Virus record (IMG/VR): IMGVR_UViG_3300045988_125015
Length of the DNA stretch: 36,747 nucleotides
Strand: one strand, 5' to 3'
Source: a virus
Shown: positions 7,140 to 14,312 of the stretch, piece after piece
How the letters are laid out: each line of letters opens with the position of its first letter
Position numbering within the stretch: the first letter of the stretch is position 1
Made by a program: the position numbers and the translations under genes
Notes under the pieces: model-generated
Told to the model about the DNA's origin: nothing
Databases searched by the model: none
The model's input: only the letters and a program-made list of their open reading frames with translations

Positions 7140-7433
7140 ATGAAATCTTTAATAGTTGACAGCTTCACATTCGCGTTCGCGACGATTGTCGTTTTGGTCG
7201 TGTTCGCGCTTTATCTAGGCGTGCCGGCAGGCATGCTCTCGATGATTTGCTCGATCGTGAGTGCAGCGGCGGCAGTGACGGCGATGGTTTTTCTTATCGT
7301 GCTCAAAAAGACCCTTGAGCCGATCTACGCGATTGCCGAGACGAGCAGGTACCGAATTATCAAGATGCGCGGAGAGATCGATACGCTCAAGCGCCGAGTC
7401 AATGCATTGGAGGACAAGGTATATGGAGCGTAA
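7140..7433 (+). CDS. Membrane protein with C-terminal coiled coil
   Basis: 97 aa with two hydrophobic helices (FAFATIVVLVVFALYLGV, SIVSAAAAVTAMVFLIVL) followed by EIDTLKRRVNALEDK. AGGAG RBS. Confidence 0.6.
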   Translation: MKSLIVDSFTFAFATIVVLVVFALYLGVPAGMLSMICSIVSAAAAVTAMVFLIVLKKTLEPIYAIAETSRYRIIKMRGEIDTLKRRVNALEDKVYGA

Positions 7434-7812
7434 AAAGCGCATCATGTCTTTGCCTGACTATGGACCGACCAACGGCTCGCCCGATGTGATCCTTTTCATG
7501 GGCGAAAGCTACGAGAAAGCCGGCGCCAGCAAGGACGTACTGACCGATTCAAACACTAAGATAGCGGCTTATTCGCCAACTCGTGTGACAAATGCCCTCG
7601 CCGTCTCGCATTGCGGTTACAGGGAGGCGCACGAAGCCCCTGACATCATCCAGTACGAGGGCGCGAGCTACGTAAAGGCCGACCTCGATGCGCTCGAAAA
7701 GCTCGTGGGCGACCTGTCGGCGCTCGGGGATATCCCAGAGCCCGTAGCGACCGGCGCGAGCTGCGCCCTGATTGCCGAGAGGATCAAGCGAGCGATTGGG
7801 GCATGGGAATGA
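7423..7812 (+). CDS. Hypothetical protein with an internal duplicated motif
   Basis: About 129 aa. The motif PD[VI]I.[FY].G.SY.KA occurs twice (SPDVILFMGESYEKAG and APDIIQYEGASYVKAD). Confidence 0.5.
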   Translation: MERKKRIMSLPDYGPTNGSPDVILFMGESYEKAGASKDVLTDSNTKIAAYSPTRVTNALAVSHCGYREAHEAPDIIQYEGASYVKADLDALEKLVGDLSALGDIPEPVATGASCALIAERIKRAIGAWE

Positions 7813-8048
7813 CGGATGACGAGATTAAGCAGGCGCTGGACGATGCCGAGCTCTCAATTGAAATCGATTGCCAGCGCGACCCTGACTTTATCAAAGTCAG
7901 CAGTGGAAAGGTCTATAGACCTGAGCGCCCGGCGCACAAGATGCTTGAGCCATGTGGAGGCTACCAGATGTTCTTGTGCAGCGAGTGCAACTATGAGGTG
8001 TTTGGCACCTCGGTCTACTGCTTTCACTGCGGATCGCGATTCGTATGA
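7803..8048 (+). CDS. Small zinc-ribbon protein (outlying array member I)
   Basis: 81 aa ending LCSECNYEVFGTSVYCFHCGSRFV. Confidence 0.6.
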   Translation: MGMTDDEIKQALDDAELSIEIDCQRDPDFIKVSSGKVYRPERPAHKMLEPCGGYQMFLCSECNYEVFGTSVYCFHCGSRFV

Positions 8049-8563
8049 GGCCGCTCGAGTTCTTCGTGCCGTCAAACCGGCTCAGTCCCAAAGGCGAGCG
8101 TACTCACGTTGACGGCCGGAATGAGTACATAAAGGCCGTCAACACGTCCCGCCTGGTCGGTGCGCGGCGTGAGCGTGAGAACGTGACCCTCGTTGCCGAC
8201 TATGCGGCGCTCGCCATGCGGCAGGCGGCTTGGAGACCGCCTGAGACCCATTGTCTCGTCTACGTCACCTTCATCGAGCGTGACCGGCGCCGTGACATTC
8301 CCAATGTCTACGGCGGGCTCAAATGGGTTCTGGACGGCCTGAGCCGACCGCGCGGCAGCAAGAGCGTGGGAGCCGGCGCCATCGTCGACGATTCGCAAAA
8401 GTGGCTGACCGTTATACCCATGGTCGCCATCGACAGGCAAAACCCCGGTGTCCATATCAAGATCGTGCCGGTCGACAACCCGGCAGAAATCGAGACCGTT
8501 CAGGTCATGGGAACAAACGTTCCCATTCTAGCAAACATAAACAAAGGATTTATCACATTATGA
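8045..8563 (+). CDS. RusA-like Holliday-junction resolvase (tentative)
   Basis: 172 aa. ERDRRRDIPNVYGGLKWVLDGL...IVDDSQKW resembles the RusA core (RRRRDLDN...DAL...DD), but the second Asp of the DxD pair is Pro here. Confidence 0.45.
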   Translation: MRPLEFFVPSNRLSPKGERTHVDGRNEYIKAVNTSRLVGARRERENVTLVADYAALAMRQAAWRPPETHCLVYVTFIERDRRRDIPNVYGGLKWVLDGLSRPRGSKSVGAGAIVDDSQKWLTVIPMVAIDRQNPGVHIKIVPVDNPAEIETVQVMGTNVPILANINKGFITL

Positions 8564-8907
8564 CTCTCACGACTGACTACATCCTGGGACTGATTCTCAC
8601 GGTAGGTGCCGATGCCTGCCTGTGCATGCCGTCAATCAAGGCCGAGGACGGCAAGCCGGTAAAGTATCCCGAGATCGCCTACGCCGTCGCCTCGACCTGC
8701 GATGCCCTGTGCAAGGAGATTGCCGGCGTCATGATGGGTGACGCGCCGCGCGATTCGCGCGAGCTCGTCTGCGGCATTGTCGAAAATACCTTCAAGGCCT
8801 CAATTGAGAATATGAATCGCGATCAGGCGCTCGACATTGAGACCATCCCGACAATCATCCGCGGCCTGCGCGTCGGCAAAATCGAGGTGAGCGATGATGA
8901 CTGCTAG
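8560..8907 (+). CDS. Hypothetical protein (paralog pair with 8894..9166)
   Basis: 115 aa. It shares a [AE]STCD[AT]L.K box with the next ORF and overlaps its neighbours. Confidence 0.5.
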   Translation: MTLTTDYILGLILTVGADACLCMPSIKAEDGKPVKYPEIAYAVASTCDALCKEIAGVMMGDAPRDSRELVCGIVENTFKASIENMNRDQALDIETIPTIIRGLRVGKIEVSDDDC

Positions 8908-9166
8908 CAGCGAGCTCTTTATTGCGAATTGCAATACGATTGCCGTCACCGCAAGGGATCTAGCGGCAGATTATCGACCGCCTTTGAAAGACGCTGCCGC
9001 CGCCATTAAATGCGGCATGTGCTACAGCCTTATTGCCGAGACGTGCGACACACTTGCCAAACTCAGCAAAAAGAATATCGACATCGCCAACTGTGAATTT
9101 GACCCGTTGGTGTGCGTGGCAAGCATTCTTATCCACGGCACGACTGGCCCCAAGACCGAGGGCTGA
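8894..9166 (+). CDS. Hypothetical protein (paralog pair with 8560..8907)
   Basis: 90 aa containing ...CYSLIAETCDTLAKLSKK... Confidence 0.5.
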   Translation: MMTASSELFIANCNTIAVTARDLAADYRPPLKDAAAAIKCGMCYSLIAETCDTLAKLSKKNIDIANCEFDPLVCVASILIHGTTGPKTEG

Positions 9167-9168
9167 CC

Positions 9169-10344
9169 ATGGCGGCAACGGTCCCAGTCAAGCAGGATTC
9201 AAGGGGAATCTGGTACAGCAGAATATATCTTGGCAAGGATTCCAAGGGCAAGAAGATTCAGGCTTACCGCTCTTTTCCAGAGGCAACTAGTGAGGCCGAT
9301 GCTCGAGTCGCCGCGGCAATCTGGGCATCAGATCTCACGGCAGACGGCCGCGTGCGCTCAACGGTGCTCACCGACATGCTCGCCGACTATATCGAGATGC
9401 GCGAGATCAACGGCGCGAGCCCCAACTCGGTCAAGCAGTGGCGCCAATTCCTGCGCTGCTACATCAGCCGGTTCCTGCGCGGCAAGCGCGCCGACGAGCT
9501 CACGGCGCTCGACTTCACGCGATTCAACGGAGTGCTGCTACGCCACGGCTCGCGCGACGGCAAGCAGCTGAGCCCCAACACGGTCAACGCGGTCTACCAA
9601 TTCCTACGAGGTGCCTATAGGTACTTCGTGAGCGTAGGCCTCGTGGAGACCAACCCGCTGCTCGCCGCCGTCAAGCCATACCGCGACCAGGACGAGGCGA
9701 TCGCGCTTGAGGAGGACGATGTTGCAATCCTCAACGCCTACCTCGACCCGATCGTGAGCTTTGATGTGGAGGTGGGCGACATCGAGCGCCGGAATGCCTT
9801 TGCAGCCTGGCTCGCGCTCCACACCGGCGCGCGCTGCGGCGAGGTGTGCGCCGTGCGACCTAAGGACGTGTACCCAAAGCGCGGATATATCCACATCGGC
9901 GGCACGGTCGTGGAGCCCGGCAACGAGCAGCCATACCGCAAGGAGAAGCCAAAGAGCTCCACGTCCAGGCGCAACATCTCGCTCGTACCGGAGGAGCTGG
10001 AGGTCATCGCGAGATTCATGGCGTGGCACGAGACAAAGAAGGGGAGTGCCCGGGACATGGGCATCGCGAGCGTCGACGGCACGTGGGCGAGACCTTCGAC
10101 CTTGAGCAGCTGGTTCAAGCGGCTCGTCGAAAAGCTCGACCTCGACCGCCAAGCGACATTTCACACGCTTCGCCACACGCACGCCAGTTGGTGCCTGGCA
10201 CACGGTATCGACGTGGTGACGCTCAGCGAGCGCCTTGGACACTCATCGCCGGCAATCACGATCCGAATCTACGGTCACATGCTGCAGGGCCGCGACATGG
10301 CGGCAGCTGAAACTTTCTACAAGGCGATTCAAGGAGGTGTTTAG
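9169..10344 (+). CDS. Tyrosine recombinase / lambda-type phage integrase with arm-binding N-terminus
   Basis: 391 aa from ATG 9169. The N-terminus GIWYSRIYLGKDSKGKKIQAYRSF looks like an arm-type DNA-binding domain. Catalytic signature: HTGARCGEV (Arg), HTLRHTHAS (HxxR), LGHSS (His), IYGHM (Tyr). Confidence 0.85.
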   Translation: MAATVPVKQDSRGIWYSRIYLGKDSKGKKIQAYRSFPEATSEADARVAAAIWASDLTADGRVRSTVLTDMLADYIEMREINGASPNSVKQWRQFLRCYISRFLRGKRADELTALDFTRFNGVLLRHGSRDGKQLSPNTVNAVYQFLRGAYRYFVSVGLVETNPLLAAVKPYRDQDEAIALEEDDVAILNAYLDPIVSFDVEVGDIERRNAFAAWLALHTGARCGEVCAVRPKDVYPKRGYIHIGGTVVEPGNEQPYRKEKPKSSTSRRNISLVPEELEVIARFMAWHETKKGSARDMGIASVDGTWARPSTLSSWFKRLVEKLDLDRQATFHTLRHTHASWCLAHGIDVVTLSERLGHSSPAITIRIYGHMLQGRDMAAAETFYKAIQGGV

Positions 10345-10539
10345 TTGAAGCCCACACAGCTCACCAAGAAAGAGAGCGACCTAATAGTTATGTACCGAAA
10401 GTTATCTGCCATCCATCAGGACGATGTGCGGACTTATGCGGCACTGAGAGTGCAGCTCGAGCAGTCCGAGAAAAGGATCAGGGACGGTCTCACGGCATGG
10501 GACAAGGCTGTTGAAAACTCCCAAAACAGCCAGAAATAG
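10345..10539 (+). CDS. Small hypothetical protein (TTG start)
   Basis: 64-aa ORF directly abutting the integrase stop. Helical and charged, with no recognisable family. Confidence 0.4.
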   Translation: MKPTQLTKKESDLIVMYRKLSAIHQDDVRTYAALRVQLEQSEKRIRDGLTAWDKAVENSQNSQK

Positions 10540-10684
10540 CGGTTGCAATGGAGTTGCAATGACCTAGTTTTCAACAATTCAACAATCTGGAAAAACCACA
10601 GTTAGACATACGAAAAACACGTAAAGCAACAGCACACAAGCAAATAAGAACGAGTTATTTGCTTACACCCAGAAAGAGGACGAA
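10540..10684. promoter_or_regulatory. AT-richer intergenic region with short phased repeats (candidate attP arm sites, promoter or iterons)
   Basis: GTTGCAATG occurs at 10542 and 10553 (11-bp phasing). TCAACAAT occurs in tandem at 10571 and 10579. GTTTTCAAC at 10567 is the inverse of GTTGAAAAC at 10510. There is a hairpin caaataa/ttatttg at 10641..10661. Confidence 0.4.
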
Positions 10685-11071
10685 ATGGACGAATTCGACG
10701 AGCTGTCGGATGCCGAAATCGAGGCGCTTACCGAGTTTGACGAGATGGGCAAAGGCTTTCCTCCCAACCCGCTCCCGCAGCTGACCCCAGAGGAGCGCTT
10801 CGCCGCATCGCAGAAAGCAAGCGAGACCCGCAAGGCGAGGATGCGACTCAAGCGTGAGATGAAGGATGGAGAGCTTTCCGTTGCCGCGGCAATCGAGCTG
10901 CCCGTGATGCAGCGCATGAAGGTTTTCGAGTTCATCCGCGCCATTCCCGGCATCGGTATCAGCCGAGCCAGGGAGTTTATGCTCGCCAACTCCATCGCCG
11001 ACAACCGCCGAGTCGGTGGCTTGAGTAAGCATCGCCGCGCACAGGTTATCGCCCTGGGAGGTGAGCGCTAA
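10685..11071 (+). CDS. Actinobacterial-type integration host factor (mIHF-like) with acidic N-terminal extension
   Basis: 128 aa. LPQLTPEERFAASQKASETRKARMRLKREMKDGELS...QRMKVFEFIRAIPGIGISRAREFMLANSIADNRRVGGLSKHRRAQV matches from memory the mycobacterial mIHF pattern (LPQLTDEQRAAALEKAAAARRARAELK...KMKVSALLEALP..GKVKAQEIM..IA.TRRLRGLGDRQRKAL). Confidence 0.75.
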   Translation: MDEFDELSDAEIEALTEFDEMGKGFPPNPLPQLTPEERFAASQKASETRKARMRLKREMKDGELSVAAAIELPVMQRMKVFEFIRAIPGIGISRAREFMLANSIADNRRVGGLSKHRRAQVIALGGER

Positions 11072-11319
11072 TGAGACCCGAGTGCCGACGTAACTTCGAG
11101 CGCCTTGCCAAGTTGCTGTGCATCCTGGCAGCGCTACTCGGCTCGATCGTCATGCTCATCGCCATCACGGTCATCACCGCGGTTGTCTGCTATTTCGCGC
11201 ATCTGGCATTCCTTTGGTACGTGCCGGTCATCATCACGGCATTCGCCCTGGGCTTCGCCGGACTCGCCCTTTTGCTCGTGAACGTCAAATCGCGCGACGA
11301 TGACGAGGGCTACGAGTGA
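11071..11319 (+). CDS. Small membrane protein
   Basis: 82 aa with two long hydrophobic helices. It has a TAATG overlap with the upstream gene. Confidence 0.55.
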   Translation: MRPECRRNFERLAKLLCILAALLGSIVMLIAITVITAVVCYFAHLAFLWYVPVIITAFALGFAGLALLLVNVKSRDDDEGYE

Positions 11320-11813
11320 TGAAGCGCATCATGAGCGCGCGCGAGCTGAGCAGGTGCCTCGTCGAGCGATTCAGGCGCGATGGCGTTTTCAGTGGACCTC
11401 GTTGGCTTGACAAGGGCGAGCTGATTCTGCCGATGCGTCCAGAGTTTCGGCGGCTTTTCGAAAACGCCCTGCAACTGCGACAGAGCTGCGACAGAGCTGC
11501 GACATCGTCGCGCGATTTTGCCGATGCTGTCGCGAGCATGTATGAGGATGCGATTTTATACGGCTCGCCAATTGACTCAGCTGCCGACATGATTGTCGGC
11601 CTGATTCCAAAACAACATGGTCCTCGCGCGACCTTTGTGCCCGTTGACTTTGCCACATTCGCCAACCCGCTCAACCGCAGTGATGACGATTGGCACGAGC
11701 TGTCTGAAATCGCCGTGAATGCCGAGCGCAAGGCCAACCGAGCGCGAGAGAGGGCACTCAAGCGATCGCGCCGAAATGCCAAGAACCCCAAGAAGAAAGG
11801 CAAATGCCGATGA
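11319..11813 (+). CDS. Hypothetical protein with basic C-terminus
   Basis: About 164 aa with C-terminal RKANRARERALKRSRRNAKNPKKKGK. It contains an 11-bp tandem repeat at 11474..11503. Confidence 0.5.
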   Translation: MKRIMSARELSRCLVERFRRDGVFSGPRWLDKGELILPMRPEFRRLFENALQLRQSCDRAATSSRDFADAVASMYEDAILYGSPIDSAADMIVGLIPKQHGPRATFVPVDFATFANPLNRSDDDWHELSEIAVNAERKANRARERALKRSRRNAKNPKKKGKCR

Positions 11814-12004
11814 GTGATGAGGAAACCACAGAGACCGAGGCGCCAAAGACGTGCGCGGAGTGCCGTTTTGCAGCGCCGTATACATTCACGCCGCCAGCCA
11901 ATCCCGACAGTCCCGGCAACCTCTACTGTTCTGTCGACAAGGCCGTAATGAGCGTCAACCCGTCCCATACCTGCGACAAATACAAGGAGCCCGACCGTGC
12001 CTAG
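11804..12004 (+). CDS. Small Cys4 protein (CxxC..C..CDKYKE family)
   Basis: 66 aa with TCAECRF...YCSVD...HTCDKYKEPD. Confidence 0.55.
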   Translation: MPMSDEETTETEAPKTCAECRFAAPYTFTPPANPDSPGNLYCSVDKAVMSVNPSHTCDKYKEPDRA

Positions 12005-12428
12005 ATTCATTACCAAGACCGAGCGCGACACTCTCAAGTGCGCACTTGGTGGCATCAATTCCTACCTCAACTTCGTCGACGAGGCCGAGGACCGCTCTGA
12101 TGGCAACGTGTCCGTACCTGAGCGTGCCATGCACGCCTGGGTTACGACCATCAACGGCGTCATCGAGAGCATTGACCACAGGAACAAGGAGTGGCTTGAG
12201 AGCATTCCCGAGCACTACCGCGGCGACGGCTTCATTACCTGCGACATGGCACTTGCAGCCATGCTTGCCAGGGCGACCCGTATGGCGATGCCTCCGATGG
12301 TCATTTTCTGGTGGGCCAATGCGTTCAAATACCTCTGGCGCTGGGCATACAAGGGCGATTGCAAGGGCGACCTCAACAAGGCCATCGATTGCATCGAGCA
12401 TGTCCGCGACTGGCAGAAAACCCGGTAA
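11997..12428 (+). CDS. DUF3310-like protein (tentative)
   Basis: 143 aa. The C-terminal ANAFKYLWRWAYKGDCKGDLNKAIDCIEHV resembles the DUF3310 signature (KYl.R...K....DL.KA..y). GTG start. Confidence 0.4.
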   Translation: MPRFITKTERDTLKCALGGINSYLNFVDEAEDRSDGNVSVPERAMHAWVTTINGVIESIDHRNKEWLESIPEHYRGDGFITCDMALAAMLARATRMAMPPMVIFWWANAFKYLWRWAYKGDCKGDLNKAIDCIEHVRDWQKTR

Positions 12429-12619
12429 TGCTCCCGCCTGCGCCCTGCTGCGAGACTTGCCGTTGGTGGCGCGAGAGATACGACAGGTCTTGGTGCAAGC
12501 ATCCCGATCCGTATCTCCGCGCCGTCCGCGACACCACCATCTGCGAGGACTACCAAGAGCGCCGAGGCGAGGACTGGTGCTCGCTCGTCTACGGCAACCT
12601 CGCCATCAAGCACCACTAA
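12428..12619 (+). CDS. Small Cys4 protein (CxxC..C..CEDYQE family)
   Basis: 63 aa from ATG 12428: MLPPAPCCETCRWW...WCKH...TICEDYQERR. Confidence 0.5.
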   Translation: MLPPAPCCETCRWWRERYDRSWCKHPDPYLRAVRDTTICEDYQERRGEDWCSLVYGNLAIKHH

Positions 12620-12649
12620 CCATCAACTCCACGAGATAGGACAACATTT

Positions 12650-12868
12650 ATGTCAATGGACATCAACGCGCCCCTTTTCCGCCAACTCGAGCGTCTTGAG
12701 AACATCGACCCGTCCGACACCGACGCGCTCAAGGCCGAGATTGAGCGCGCCAAGGCGGTCAAGGACATCGCCGAGACCATCATCGACTCCGGACACCTGA
12801 CCGCCGACGTCATCAAGCTCAAGCATCAACTCGGTGCCACCGCGACCATCCCCAAGGGACTGCTCTAA
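12650..12868 (+). CDS. Small acidic hypothetical protein
   Basis: 72 aa, helical. It has a TAATG overlap with the next gene. Confidence 0.5.
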   Translation: MSMDINAPLFRQLERLENIDPSDTDALKAEIERAKAVKDIAETIIDSGHLTADVIKLKHQLGATATIPKGLL

Positions 12869-13872
12869 TGGGAGGTCGAGTCTGGACGGACGAAGAGATC
12901 GAGTATATACGCGAGAACTACTCCAAGGAGCACGTCCCGCATCTGCTCGACCAATTCGAGAAGCGTTTCGGTCGGCGTCCGACTGCCGGCGCATTTGCGC
13001 AAAAGGCCTATAAGCTCGGGCTCAGGCATTCGCGCGAGAAAGCGCCCGACACCGTGACCAAGCGCATCATCTGGGCGCGCGAGCCCGCCTACAACGCCTG
13101 GATGGACGAGCATGATGTGGGACAGGCCGTGCCAGCGCTGTCAGAGCAATTCGAGGCTGAGTTTGGCTTTCCACTCTCGCGCGGACAGGTCAACGTGTGG
13201 CGCGCCAACAACGGACGGCAGATGCGGCCTCGTCGCCCTGGTGGCGGCAGGCCGCGAAAGCCCATCGGATTCGAGCGGCGCACCAAGGGCGGCATCTTGG
13301 TCAAGGTACGCGAAGAACCGGTTGTACCGATGTCAAAAGACAACTGGGAGTTCAAGCACTGCATCGTCTACCGAGAGGTGCACGGCTCGATTCCAGATGG
13401 ATACGACATCGTGTGCGCCGACAAGAACCCGTTCAACTGCTCGCCTGAAAACCTCGTCGCCGTACCGCATCGGCTCATGGCTCGCATCAATTCTGCCGAC
13501 ACGCCGGACTGGCACGATGCCGAATCGCTCAGGCAGTGCGTGGCGCTTTGCGAGCTCGCATCAGGCATCCACAAGGCCGAGCTGTCGGTGCCTAGGACAT
13601 GTGGCGTCTGCGGCAAGACATTCCTGCCGGATCCGAGCCGCGGCGCCGATTACCAGAATCGCTATCGAAAGACGTGCCCGGAATGCCGAGCGCAGGGACT
13701 CAAGGCGCACGGCGTGCGCACTACAAAGCTGATCGCCACCTGTTGTGTCTGCGGCAAGCAGTTTGCCGCTCGCGCCAAAAACCAGAAGCGCTGTCCCGAG
13801 TGCATCGCCATCCATCCGAAATGGGGAGCCAAGAGACACGCACATCTAGAGGAAAGAAAACGTAAGGACTAG
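12868..13872 (+). CDS. HNH_3-like DNA-binding protein with degenerate HNH core and two C-terminal zinc ribbons
   Basis: 334 aa. WEFKHCIVYREVHGSIPDGYDIVCADKNPFNCSPENLVAV resembles the HNH_3 homing-endonuclease core, but a Cys-Ala replaces the usual His-His. The C-terminus carries CGVCGK...CPEC and CCVCGK...CPEC. Confidence 0.5.
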   Translation: MGGRVWTDEEIEYIRENYSKEHVPHLLDQFEKRFGRRPTAGAFAQKAYKLGLRHSREKAPDTVTKRIIWAREPAYNAWMDEHDVGQAVPALSEQFEAEFGFPLSRGQVNVWRANNGRQMRPRRPGGGRPRKPIGFERRTKGGILVKVREEPVVPMSKDNWEFKHCIVYREVHGSIPDGYDIVCADKNPFNCSPENLVAVPHRLMARINSADTPDWHDAESLRQCVALCELASGIHKAELSVPRTCGVCGKTFLPDPSRGADYQNRYRKTCPECRAQGLKAHGVRTTKLIATCCVCGKQFAARAKNQKRCPECIAIHPKWGAKRHAHLEERKRKD

Positions 13873-13883
13873 GAGTTTTCCCG

Positions 13884-14312
13884 ATGGCAAGGAGAAAGGT
13901 CACACAGGTTGACATCGAGGCGGCTGCCGCAGCTCCGCTCAAGTATTTCAGCCACGACGCGCACCTCGCCGACTCGACCGCCTGCCGTCGCTTTATCAGG
14001 CGTTGCGGTCCAGATGGATACGGCAGATACATGCGCTTGCTTGAGCGCCTTGCCACTGAGGAAGGTCACGTAATCGATGCGCTTGACACCGAAAGTCAGT
14101 ACCTCCTTGCCGACGAGCTCTGGTTTGGAGACAACCTGAGCGCCCTGGGGCAATTCCTCAAGGATCTGTCCGAATGTGGACTCATACAGATGTTCGGGGA
14201 CGGTGCAATAAAATCGCCTGTGGTGGACGAGGCAGCACTGTATTTCGGTAAGTGCAGAGCCAGTGCGGCACTCGGCGGCAGGGCGCGAAAAGAGGGGAGT
14301 GAAAATGCCTAA
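13884..14312 (+). CDS. DUF4373 (Lin1244/Lin1753 N-terminal, replisome-organizer-like) protein
   Basis: 142 aa. LKYFSHDAHLADSTACRRFIRRCGPDGYGRYMRLLERLATEEGHVI fits the yFxhD...G..GyG.y..Lle pattern. Confidence 0.55.
   Translation: MARRKVTQVDIEAAAAAPLKYFSHDAHLADSTACRRFIRRCGPDGYGRYMRLLERLATEEGHVIDALDTESQYLLADELWFGDNLSALGQFLKDLSECGLIQMFGDGAIKSPVVDEAALYFGKCRASAALGGRARKEGSENA

Noticed and set aside
11285-12058. Minus-strand 257-aa ORF and other long antisense ORFs (15308..15856, 15750..16274, 16651..17367, 17578..18255, 26068..26679)
   Set aside because: All are antisense to confidently called plus-strand genes, and their compositions are skewed (R, A, G, L, S) as expected for GC-rich shadow frames.
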